Positions 9,368-21,121 of a DNA stretch of 64,000 nucleotides are shown piece by piece. Positions within the stretch are counted from its first letter, which is position 1. Every line of letters begins with the position of its first letter. The translations under genes were made by a program, and so were the position numbers. This DNA is from Chloroflexota bacterium (GTDB lineage Bacteria; Chloroflexota; Dormibacteria; CF-121), in assembly GCA_005881175.1 (NCBI GenBank), contig VBEN01000012.1, positions 12,667 to 76,666 of the forward strand. Direction: 5' to 3'. A model generated the notes under the pieces. That model was given only the letters and a program-made list of their open reading frames with translations. It searched no databases and was not told the DNA's origin.

Positions 9368-10062
9368 TGCACGCCGGCGTTTCGCCGTCTCGTGGTCTCG
9401 CCGCTGGTCTGGCGATCGTCATCAGTCTCAGTGCATGTGGCACCCCGCCGCCCGATGCGACCACCCTGCTGAAACAATCGAGCCAGCGGATGCTCGGCCT
9501 CAAGGGATTTCACTTTCAGATGCAGATCAGCGGATTCACCGGACCTGACGAGCCCGTGCAGAGCGCCCAGGGCGACGCGCATCCGCCCGCCCTGCACGCC
9601 AGGGTCAATCTCAAGGAGGGCGGAATCCTCCTCGAGGTCGAAGTGATCTTTGCAGCCGGCAATATCTATCTCAAGTCGTTCACGGGCGGGTGGCAGCAGC
9701 TCACCCCGGACGAGGTTGCGCAGTACTTCGACGCCCGATCGTTGTTCGATCCACAGGTGGGACTGTTCGCCGCGATGCGCGAGACTACCAAGGCGGCTCG
9801 GGGCAATGTCGAGAAGGTCAATGGGCACGAGACATACCCGATCACCGGCCAGGTCTCGGGGGCGCGAATGCACGAGCTGTTGACGCTGATCCGCGATCAG
9901 GGAAGCTACCAGGCAACCTACTGGATCGGGACCCAGGGGAGCGACCTCTGGCGCGCTCGACTAACCGGAAATCTCTTCGACGCCGAAAAGCCCGCGACCA
10001 TCACCTTCGACTTCAGCAATCATGATCACCCCGTTTCGGTCACACCGCCTCCGCTCGGTTAA
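9367..10062 (+). CDS. LppX/LprG-family lipoprotein
   Basis: Signal peptide with lipobox LSAC-G; about 230 aa; immediately followed and overlapped by an MFS pump as in the mycobacterial lprG-p55 pair; start overlaps the selB stop. Confidence 0.55.
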   Translation: MHAGVSPSRGLAAGLAIVISLSACGTPPPDATTLLKQSSQRMLGLKGFHFQMQISGFTGPDEPVQSAQGDAHPPALHARVNLKEGGILLEVEVIFAAGNIYLKSFTGGWQQLTPDEVAQYFDARSLFDPQVGLFAAMRETTKAARGNVEKVNGHETYPITGQVSGARMHELLTLIRDQGSYQATYWIGTQGSDLWRARLTGNLFDAEKPATITFDFSNHDHPVSVTPPPLG

Positions 10063-11548
10063 CCGCACGGTCCTGCTTGGGCTCACCGGGGCAGGGCTGT
10101 TTCTCGCCTCCCTCGACGCCTACGTCGTGGTGACCGCTTTGTTGCCCATGCTGAAATCCGTGAATATCGCGGTCAACCGTCCGGAACAGGCGACGCCGAT
10201 CATCACCGGCTTCCTGCTGGGCTATCTGGCGGTCATGCCGGTGGCGGGAGGGCTCTCCGACCGCTTTGGGCGCCTGCGCCTGTTCGCCGCCTGCCTGGTG
10301 CTGTTCGCCTTCGGCTCTTTTCTGACCGCGACGGCGCCATCGCTCGCGCAGCTGGTCACGGGCCGCGTACTTCAGGGAGCCGGAGGAGGGGCGCTGGTGC
10401 CGGCCGTGCTGGCGCTGGCTGCCGACCTCTATCCCGCGGGCAACCGCAGTCCGGTGCTCGGCGCCGTCAGCGCCCTCCAGGAGATCGGCAGCGTGCTTGG
10501 ACCGCTGTGGGGCGGCCTGATCACGGCGTCGTCGTTCGGCTGGACCTGGATCTTCTGGATCAACATTCCGGCAGCCGCGCTCTTGTTGTGGGCGCTCTGG
10601 CCCGAGATTCGAGCCGGCGGTGAGGAGCGCCGTCCCGCCAATCTGGACTGGTTGGGGGCATTGCTGGCAACTGCCGGCCTGGCTCTGTTGACGCTCGCGC
10701 TCTATGCGGCCACCCCCGAACAGAGTCCAGTTGGAGAGGGCGTGATCTGGCAGTTGCCGCTGGCCTTACTGTGCTTTGTGCTGTTCGTGTGGCACGAGCG
10801 CCGCACGCCGCATCCGCTGATCAATGTCCGCCGTTTCCGCGACTCGTCGTTTACCGGATCGGCGCTGACCAACGCCATCGCCGGGGCGGGGCTGATGGTT
10901 GCCCTCGTTTATATCCCGGTGCTGGCCAATGCGGTGTTCTCGATGAATGCGAGCAGCGCGGCGCTCCTCCTCTTCCGCCTGATGCTCGGCATCCCCATCG
11001 GCGCTCTGCTGGGCGGCTTCCTGGCGCAGCGGCTGCGCAGCTATCGCTTCGTTGCGGCCCTCGGCCTGGTGCTGGCGGCAATCGGCTTCCTGATGCTCTC
11101 CGGCTGGAACGAAGGCTCGCTCACCCCGCACCTGCTCGGTTCGCCGCTGACGGTCGCCGATGGGGAGCTGCTTCTGACGGGGTTCGGTCTTGGCCTGGAG
11201 ATCGCGCCCGTCAGCGCGGCGCTGCTGGATGCGGTTGGGGACGCCGAGCGGGGCGCCGGCGCGTCATTCCTCATCGTCATGCGCCTGGTGGGCATGCTCG
11301 TGGGGTTTTCGCTGGTGGCCGGTTTCAGCCTCTGGGAATTTCACCGGGCGACGGCCCATCTCATTCCCCCGCTGCCCGGCTTGAACCCGAACTTCGCGAC
11401 CCAGTACGCGATTTACGTGCTGAAGGTGAAGCAGGCGATATTCGACGAATATCACCTCATCTTTCGCGCCACCGCCATCGCCCTATTCATCGGCGCCTTG
11501 CTGGCCGCCCTCACGCTGCGGCCCTTGCCGCGCCCCCGCTGGCGCTGA
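10022..11548 (+). CDS. MFS transporter, 14-TM drug:H+ antiporter (DHA2/EmrB-like)
   Basis: 508 aa with about 14 TM helices; MFS motif GxLSDRFGR-like (GLSDRFGRLRLF). Confidence 0.85.
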   Translation: MITPFRSHRLRSVNRTVLLGLTGAGLFLASLDAYVVVTALLPMLKSVNIAVNRPEQATPIITGFLLGYLAVMPVAGGLSDRFGRLRLFAACLVLFAFGSFLTATAPSLAQLVTGRVLQGAGGGALVPAVLALAADLYPAGNRSPVLGAVSALQEIGSVLGPLWGGLITASSFGWTWIFWINIPAAALLLWALWPEIRAGGEERRPANLDWLGALLATAGLALLTLALYAATPEQSPVGEGVIWQLPLALLCFVLFVWHERRTPHPLINVRRFRDSSFTGSALTNAIAGAGLMVALVYIPVLANAVFSMNASSAALLLFRLMLGIPIGALLGGFLAQRLRSYRFVAALGLVLAAIGFLMLSGWNEGSLTPHLLGSPLTVADGELLLTGFGLGLEIAPVSAALLDAVGDAERGAGASFLIVMRLVGMLVGFSLVAGFSLWEFHRATAHLIPPLPGLNPNFATQYAIYVLKVKQAIFDEYHLIFRATAIALFIGALLAALTLRPLPRPRWR

Positions 11549-12507
11549 TGGGCTTTGTCGGCATCGACCTGGGCGGTACCCAGCTACGGGTCGCCGTGGC
11601 GGATGATCATGGCCGGCTCCGGACGGTCGTCCGGCAGCCCACCCAGGCCGGCCGCGGCCGCGAGCACGTCATCGATCGAATCGTGGCGGCGGTCGCCGAG
11701 GCGCTCCAAAAGGAGGGCACCTCGCCGCGCCGGATCCGGGCGCTTGGAATCGGCCTTCCGGGGCCGGTTGACCCGGCGGCCGGCCTTGTCATCAGCCCCG
11801 CCAACCTGCCTGGCTTCCGCAACGTGCCATTGAACCGCATCCTCACCCGGGCCACGGGCATTCCGAGCTTTCTTCATCACGACGCGCATCTGGCTGCGCT
11901 CGGCGAGCATCGTCGGGGCGCGGCACGTGGCGCCAGCGAGCTGATCTATGTCACCGTATCGACCGGGATCGGCGCGGGGCTCCTGCTTCGCGGTGAGCTC
12001 TACGCGGGTGCCCACGGGATTGCCGGTGAAGTCGGGCACATCGTGGTTCAGTCGGGAGGCCCGCTGTGCCGTTGCGGAAACCATGGATGTGTCGAGGCGG
12101 TCGCCAGCGGCACCGGCATCGCCCACGCCGCCCGGGTTGCCGCCCCGCGCACGCCAGGCAGCGCCTTGCACGGCATCGATAGGCCGACTCCTGAGGAGGT
12201 CGTACGTGCGGCGCGGGCGGGCGATGCGCTGGCGAATTCCATCCTGGAGACGGCTGGAGCCTACCTCGGGATCGCCCTCGGTACGCTGGTCAACCTCTTC
12301 AATCCGCAGCTGATCGTGCTCGGTGGGAGTGTGCTCCAGGCCGGGCGCCCTCTGCTGCAACCGATGCGCAAATCCATGACCGCCTCCTCCTGGAAGGCGG
12401 CACGACGCGGGCTTCGCATCGTTCCTCCTGCGCTGGCGGGCGATGCCGGGTTGATCGGCGCCGTTGAGTTCGCGCGCCTTCATGCAGGACGTGGCCGTCC
12501 GGCTTGA
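11548..12507 (+). CDS. ROK family sugar kinase (glucokinase-like)
   Basis: N-terminal GIDLGGT ATP motif and ROK zinc motif CRCGNHGCVEAVASG; TGATG overlap with the MFS stop. Confidence 0.8.
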   Translation: MGFVGIDLGGTQLRVAVADDHGRLRTVVRQPTQAGRGREHVIDRIVAAVAEALQKEGTSPRRIRALGIGLPGPVDPAAGLVISPANLPGFRNVPLNRILTRATGIPSFLHHDAHLAALGEHRRGAARGASELIYVTVSTGIGAGLLLRGELYAGAHGIAGEVGHIVVQSGGPLCRCGNHGCVEAVASGTGIAHAARVAAPRTPGSALHGIDRPTPEEVVRAARAGDALANSILETAGAYLGIALGTLVNLFNPQLIVLGGSVLQAGRPLLQPMRKSMTASSWKAARRGLRIVPPALAGDAGLIGAVEFARLHAGRGRPA

Positions 12508-13885
12508 CCCGCCGGCGCTTCCAGAATGGGAGCAGCCGTTTGCGGCCGTGCAGGAGCAAGCGCGGCAACGGGGACTCCGGGCGTACGTGGTGGGCGGCTA
12601 CGTCCGCGACCGGCTTCTGGGTGGCGAGCGCGCCAGGACCATCCGCGAGGTTGACATCCTGGTCGACGGCAAGGGCGCGCCCCAGCTGGCGACGGCGGTG
12701 GGCACGGTCCTGAAGCTGCGGCCCCCGGTGATCTTCGAGCGATTCGGCACCGCGCACCTGGATCTGGATCATCGCGCCCTCGAATTCGTGTCGAGCCGCG
12801 TCGAGACCTATGAGCCGAGCAGTCGAAAGCCGGAGGTCCGTCCTGGCACCCTGAGGGACGACGTGATGCGCCGCGACTTTACCGTCAACAGCCTGCTGAT
12901 GGATTGGGACGGGACGGTGCTCGATCTCACCGGTCGAGGCCTGCAGGACCTGGAAGCTCGACGCGTCATGACTCCACTCGAGCCCACGTCTACCTTCGAC
13001 GAAGATCCGCTGCGGATGCTGCGGGCGGTTCGATTCGCCACCACCCTGCGATTCAGCCTCGATCCCAGCGTGGAATCGGCGATCCGGGCGCACGCAGCGC
13101 GGCTGCAGCCGCCGGTGGTCTCGATGGAGCGAATCCGGGAGGAACTCTCCAAGCTGCTCGTGGCGGAGCAGGTGCAGCGCGGCCTCGAGCTGCTCGACGC
13201 GACCAGGCTGCTGCCCCGGATCCTGCCGCAGCTGGAGTCAGGCAAGGGCATGCAGCAGGGCGGCTGGCACAGTCACGACGTCTTTGGGCATTCACTGCTG
13301 ACCGCGTCGCTGGCGCCGCCGGAGTTGATCACACGTCTGGCTGGACTGCTACACGACGTCGGCAAGCCCGCCGTCCACGAGCTCAAAGACGGCAAACCGA
13401 CTTTCATCGGGCACCAGGAAGTTGGGGCGAAGATGGCGGAGCTAGCCCTGCGGCAGCTTCGCTATTCGGGCGAGTTGATCGATGCCGTCGTCAAGCTGGT
13501 CCGCCTGCATATGCGTCCAATCCAGTACGACCCACAGGGATGGGAGGACAAGGCGGTGCGGCGACTGGTGCGCGACGCCGGCGACCAGCTGCAGCGCTTG
13601 CTCGCGCTGGCGCGAGCCGACATGCGTGCCAGTCATTATCCCGACGTGAAGAAGATCGACGACCTCGAAGCACGGATCCGCCGGTTGGATGCGCAGGCGA
13701 TCGCCGCCATTCGCTCGCCCCTGACCGGAGAGGATTTGATGGCTCGCACCGGAAGACCGGCCGGGCCCTGGATCAAGCGCGTGAAGGCCGCGCTGGAGGA
13801 CGCCATCATCGATGGGACGCTGGCTCCCGATCCACAGGCGGCCTGGCGCTATCTCGAGGCGCATCCCGAGCTCCTGGGGCCGTGA
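12464..13885 (+). CDS. cca: CCA-adding tRNA nucleotidyltransferase / poly(A) polymerase family with HD domain
   Basis: GGYVRDRLLG...DIDI-type nucleotidyltransferase head plus an HD motif (HDVGK); alternative start ATG 12482. Confidence 0.8.
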   Translation: MSSRAFMQDVAVRLDPPALPEWEQPFAAVQEQARQRGLRAYVVGGYVRDRLLGGERARTIREVDILVDGKGAPQLATAVGTVLKLRPPVIFERFGTAHLDLDHRALEFVSSRVETYEPSSRKPEVRPGTLRDDVMRRDFTVNSLLMDWDGTVLDLTGRGLQDLEARRVMTPLEPTSTFDEDPLRMLRAVRFATTLRFSLDPSVESAIRAHAARLQPPVVSMERIREELSKLLVAEQVQRGLELLDATRLLPRILPQLESGKGMQQGGWHSHDVFGHSLLTASLAPPELITRLAGLLHDVGKPAVHELKDGKPTFIGHQEVGAKMAELALRQLRYSGELIDAVVKLVRLHMRPIQYDPQGWEDKAVRRLVRDAGDQLQRLLALARADMRASHYPDVKKIDDLEARIRRLDAQAIAAIRSPLTGEDLMARTGRPAGPWIKRVKAALEDAIIDGTLAPDPQAAWRYLEAHPELLGP

Positions 13886-14994
13886 CGGCGGTGCGCCGCT
13901 GGCCGTGGCCCTTTCTGCTGCTATTGGCGGGGGCGATGCTGGCGACCGCGCGCCTGGTCCCAGCCTTCAGGCTCGACCCGACGCTGGTGCTCGCCGTGTT
14001 TCTTCCTCCGCTGCTGTTCGACGCCGGCTTCTCCATGCGCGCCGCGGCCGTGCGCCGGGAGTTGCTCTGGATCCTCTTGCTCGGGCTGGGTGGTTCCGTG
14101 CTGACCGCGGGAGTGGTCTTCGGGCTGTTGCTTGCGGCCCACTTTCCGTTCCCCGCCGCCATGTTGCTGGCCGCCGTCCTCGCCGCCACGGATCCGGTGT
14201 CGGTTTTCGCGGCTCTGCGCCGGCTTCACACGCCGGAACGGCTGAGGGTCGCGCTCGAGGGCGAAAGCCTCGTCAACGACGGTGTCGCCGTCGTCCTCTT
14301 CACTGTTGCGCTGGCGGTCGTCGAGGGCCGCGTGCTCGATGCGCCCGGCGTCACCGGCCTGTCTGTCTGGCTCACGGTTGGCGGCCTGGTTGTCGGGGTT
14401 GGCCTTGGACTGTTGACGCGCCGTTTGCTCGCGATCGTGCCCCGTTCCGCCCAGATCGCCATCACCATCGTCGCTGCCTACGCCGGCTACCTGCTGGCCG
14501 ACTGGATCGGGGCCAGCGGTTTGCTGGCGGTGATCGCCCTGTCACTGATCCTTGGCACTGCCTATCAACCAGCGACCCATCACCAGGTGCATCGCTTCTG
14601 GCGCCAGCTGGGCTTTACCATGTCGAGCGCGATCTTCCTCCTGGTAGGCCTGCAGGTCCGCCTTGACGAGGTCGTGCGGGTCGGCGCCCGCCTGCTACTG
14701 CTTGTCGTCGCGGTCCTGCTGGCTCGGACGCTCATGGTCATGGTGATCACGTCCACCCGGGCCGATCTGTGGCCCTGGAGGTGGCGGGCGGGACTCATCT
14801 GGGCCGGGCTGCGGGGCGCGTTGTCGCTCGCGCTTGCCCTGGGCGTGCCGGCGGCGATCGCCGACCAGCGGGAAATCCTCACGCTGGTTTTCGGTTTCGT
14901 ATTCCTCTCGCTAGTTGTTCAGGGTCTTTCCACAGGGCCGGTATTCAATGCCCTGGGGATATCACGACAGACAGCTGTCACAACGGTTCGTTAG
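13882..14994 (+). CDS. Na+/H+ (cation:proton) antiporter, CPA1 family
   Basis: Polytopic; conserved ATDPVSV motif; GTG start overlaps the cca stop (GTGA). Confidence 0.7.
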   Translation: MTAVRRWPWPFLLLLAGAMLATARLVPAFRLDPTLVLAVFLPPLLFDAGFSMRAAAVRRELLWILLLGLGGSVLTAGVVFGLLLAAHFPFPAAMLLAAVLAATDPVSVFAALRRLHTPERLRVALEGESLVNDGVAVVLFTVALAVVEGRVLDAPGVTGLSVWLTVGGLVVGVGLGLLTRRLLAIVPRSAQIAITIVAAYAGYLLADWIGASGLLAVIALSLILGTAYQPATHHQVHRFWRQLGFTMSSAIFLLVGLQVRLDEVVRVGARLLLLVVAVLLARTLMVMVITSTRADLWPWRWRAGLIWAGLRGALSLALALGVPAAIADQREILTLVFGFVFLSLVVQGLSTGPVFNALGISRQTAVTTVR

Positions 14995-15086
14995 GCTTTT
15001 GCTCTGATAAAATCTGCGGCGCCACGGACGCGTCGTGACCATCCCGGGCTCGACGTGACCTAACTCTCGCGGGGAATAGGGAAAGC

Positions 15087-15488
15087 ATGCTGTTCAGTCT
15101 TCGGCTGCTCCGGCGGATTGCGCGGGAGCTTCCTCGGTATGGCAAGCTCACGTACTGTCTCTATCGAGACCCCCGCGTGCCCCAACGAAACAAGCTGGCG
15201 CTCGCCGCCGCCCTGGCATTGATCCTCAATCCGGTTGTCGACGTTCCGCTTCGCGTACCGGTCTTTGGCGAGATGGATGCGGTCGCCCTCACGGTGCTCG
15301 CCGTGCGGATGTTCGTGGAGAAAGCGCCCAAGGATGTCGTGGCTGAGCACGAGGAGCGGATTGCGCTCGGAACCAGCGTGTTCGACCAGGACTTGCGGCA
15401 GAGCCGCGAGGGTCTGCGGATGCGGCTCGATGAACTGCGCGGCCGCGGTCTTGCGGTGGTGCGCGCTCGCCGGGGAACCGCCAGATGA
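15087..15488 (+). CDS. DUF1232 (YkvA-like) membrane protein
   Basis: [33 protein letters not shown] matches the DUF1232 core. Confidence 0.55.
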   Translation: MLFSLRLLRRIARELPRYGKLTYCLYRDPRVPQRNKLALAAALALILNPVVDVPLRVPVFGEMDAVALTVLAVRMFVEKAPKDVVAEHEERIALGTSVFDQDLRQSREGLRMRLDELRGRGLAVVRARRGTAR

Positions 15489-15931
15489 AGGTGGTCCTGA
15501 TCGAGGACGTCAAAGGCACCGGCAAGGCCGGCGAGACCAAGGATGTTGCCGACGGCTTTGCCCGTAATTTCCTGATCCCTCGCAAGCTGGCCCAGCCGGC
15601 AACCCGCGGCGCGCAGCAGCAGGTCGATCGTCAGAAGGCCACGACGGTCCAGCGGGAGCAGCGCGAGCTGGCCGACGCCAAGACATTAGCCGTGCGGCTC
15701 GAGGCCGTCCAGGTCGTGTTGAAGCTGCGCAGCGGGAAGGAAGGCAAGCTGTTCGGGGCCGTCACCAACGCCGATGTGGCGTCGGCGCTCAAGCAGCAGC
15801 ACGGCATCACGCTCGACCGACGGAAGATCGAGTTCGACGAGCCCGTCAAGGCGATGGGACCGGGCAGCGCGCAGGTGAAGCTCCATCGTGAGGTCACCGC
15901 CCGGATCCCGCTGATGGTCACCTCGGCTTGA
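15485..15931 (+). CDS. rplI: 50S ribosomal protein L9
   Basis: [36 protein letters not shown] is the canonical L9 N-terminus. Confidence 0.9.
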   Translation: MKVVLIEDVKGTGKAGETKDVADGFARNFLIPRKLAQPATRGAQQQVDRQKATTVQREQRELADAKTLAVRLEAVQVVLKLRSGKEGKLFGAVTNADVASALKQQHGITLDRRKIEFDEPVKAMGPGSAQVKLHREVTARIPLMVTSA

Positions 15932-18466
15932 CGGTTGACCTAAGGCGCGCGCCGGCTCCGCCGGCGGCCGGTGGCCGCGTGCCGCCTCACAACCTGGAGG
16001 CCGAGGCGTCGGTGCTCGGTTCGCTGATGCTCGATCGCAACGCCGTGGTTCGGGTGGCCGACTTCCTCCGTCCGGAGGACTTCTATCTGGACCATCACGC
16101 GCAGGTCTACCGGGCCGCGCTGAACCTGTACGACCGCGCCGATCCCATCGACCTGCTGACACTCGCGGCCGAGCTGGAGAAGATGCGCGTCCTCGAACGG
16201 ATCGGCGGGCAAGCGTTCCTGGCCGAGCTCGAGAGCGGCGTACCCACCGCCGCCAATGTCGAGTACTACGGCCACCTGGTCGAAGAAGCGGGCACGAAAC
16301 GTAAGTTGATCAGCGCCGGCGGGCGCATCACCGCACTCGGCTTCGACGAGAGCACCCCAGCAAACCAGGCGCTGGATACCGCCGAAGGTGTGATCTTCAA
16401 CATCGCCGAAGGCCGCATCACGCAGGACTTCGTCGCCCTCAAAGACATCCTCAAGACGACCTGGGACCAGATCGAGCAGATCCACAAGGACCAGTCGGTC
16501 ATCTCCGGCGTGCCGAGTGGATTCAACGACCTGGATGCCAAGACCGGAGGCTTCCAAAAGTCCGACCTGATCATCATTGCTGCGAGGCCGGGAGTGGGTA
16601 AGTGCGTAATTTCGACCACACTCGTAGACGATCCCGAGACGGGGGAAAGGCTGTCGATCGAAGAATTCGTTAGACGTAAGAGGCCTTCGGTCTTCGGCCT
16701 TTCACCACACGGTCGGATCGAGCCCCGTCAGATAGGCGCCTGGGTCGACAGCGGTGTCCAGCCGTGTTTTGCGGTCACCACGCAAACGGGTAGGCGAGTT
16801 GAAGTCACTGGACATCATCCGTTTCTAACCGTGTCAGGCTGGCAGCCTCTGCACGACCTCGTGACCGGTGATGCGATCGCCGTTCCTCGGTGCCTGCCGC
16901 TGTTCGGCAAGGAAAGCTTGCCGGCTCCGCTAGCTCGCCTGCTCGGTTACTTCGTTGGCGATGGAGGGCTCTCCGGGAATGCTCCGGAATTTACGAACAT
17001 CGATGCGGAAATAGTCGATGACTTCAAGGACGCCGTCGCGTCCCATTTCCCGACCTGCCATGTGAGACAGCATGGACCTCACTATGTTGTTTCCGCTTTT
17101 CATAAGCTCCTCGGCCCATATTCATGGCAGCCCAATCCAGTCATTCGTTGGCTGAAGGAATTCAGCCTTTGGGGAAAGAAGTCGGAAGCTAAGCGGTTCC
17201 CCGAAGCGGCCTGGCGATGGGACAAGGAGACGCTTAGAGAATTCATTCGCGGATTGATGTCATGCGATGGGAGCATCTTCAGGACGCAGAACGGACGTCC
17301 CCGAGTCGAATTCAGCGTTGCCTCAGAAGGGCTAGCGAAGGATATGCATCACGCGTTCGTCCGATTTGGGATAGTGGCGCGCCTCTATCGAAAATCGGAG
17401 CGATGTTGGCGGATACAAGTAACTGACTCTGAGTCGGTCGCTACGTATCAAAGGGAAATCGGTTGGATTGGCGAGAAGTCCGCCCGGTTCGCGTCAAATC
17501 TTCCTGTATTTCGGCGCAACACGGGTCATCTCCCCGTTGTCGTCTGGGAAATGGTAGGTCAGGCGGCGGCTATGCAGGGTCTTGGCTGGTCCACACTCGC
17601 GGTGCTCTCAGGGGAAAGAGCCCATACTTCGAAATTCGAAACGTATAACCCTCGCACGAGTCATGGCCTGTCTCAGCGACGATTAGGAATTTTCAATGAG
17701 GTCCTTGAGGATTGGTGGCTCAGTGAGCTTGCCAATCCGGAACTCTATTGGGACCGGATCCTCTCCATCGAACCGATCGGCGAACACCAGGTCTACGATC
17801 TCGCGGTCCCTTCAGGAGCGAATTTCATCGCGGAAGACGTCCTCCTCCATAACACGTCTCTGACTCACGCGCTTGTTGTGCAGCGAGGCGTCGGTCGACT
17901 CGTATCGGCTGCGCACCGGGCTGTTGAAGGACGCCGAATGGCCCCGCATCGCGCAGGCCATGGGCGCGCTGTCCGAAGCGCAGATCTTTATCGATGACTC
18001 GCCCAACGTGTCCGTCATGGAAATGCGCACTAAGGCTCGTCGACTCAAATCGGCCAATAATCTCGGATTGATCATTGTCGATTACCTGCAGTTGATGCAG
18101 GGCCGCAACCAGGAGAACCGCGTACAGGAGGTCTCAGACATCTCTCGCGGTTTGAAGAGCTTGGCGCGCGAGTTGCAAATTCCCGTCATTGCATGCTCAC
18201 AGTTGAGCCGCGAGCCCGAGAAACGACCCGACCATCGCCCGCAGCTCTCGGATCTTCGCGAGTCCGGGACCCTCGAGCAAGATTCGGATTTGGTTCTGTT
18301 TATCTACCGGGAGCGTTTTTACAACGACAACGTCGCGGAGGACAGGCGCAATGTCGCGGAGATCATCATCGCCAAGCACCGAAATGGCCCGACCGGAAAG
18401 CTCGAGCTCGCGTTCATCGACGAGCAGACGAAGTTCGCCAATCTCGACCGGCGACGCGGGAACTAA
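15928..18466 (+). CDS. dnaB: Replicative DNA helicase DnaB, interrupted by a P-loop intein; C-extein frameshifted and internally deleted (possible pseudogene or assembly error)
   Basis: N-extein (15928-16602) ends at the Walker [11 protein letters not shown]; intein 16603-17853; C-extein T(+1) is followed in a different frame (17864-18466) by DnaB motifs H2-H4 ([19 protein letters not shown]...EQD); about 30 codons equivalent to B. subtilis AFALNIA...FSLEMS are missing. Confidence 0.8.
16603..17853 (+). mobile_element. DnaB P-loop intein (417 aa) with LAGLIDADG homing endonuclease domain
   Basis: Starts with Cys after GVGK, ends ...[21 protein letters not shown] then Thr; Hint blocks resemble the Ssp DnaB intein ([13 protein letters not shown]..., [12 protein letters not shown]...); two LAGLIDADG motifs ([21 protein letters not shown]). 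Confidence 0.85.
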
Positions 18467-21011
<2,545 letters not shown>

Positions 21012-21121
21012 TGTAGTCGAGGTTCTCTCGAATCACGCTCTTCTGCTGCACGCTCGGTCCAAATTGGCCGCTGCGCCTGCGGATCGTCTGCTATCCTTAC
21101 TCCGTTTTTCCGGGCACCCTC

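Noticed and set aside
10771-12507. 578-aa ORF spanning the end of the MFS gene and the ROK kinase gene
   Set aside because: Only the 3' portion from ATG 11548 encodes the ROK kinase; the upstream part is the MFS gene read in a wrong frame with no stop, because of high GC.
12904-14994. 696-aa ORF suggesting a very large protein
   Set aside because: Only the part from GTG 13882 encodes the CPA1 antiporter (hydrophobic, conserved motifs); the upstream 5' part is the cca gene in another frame.
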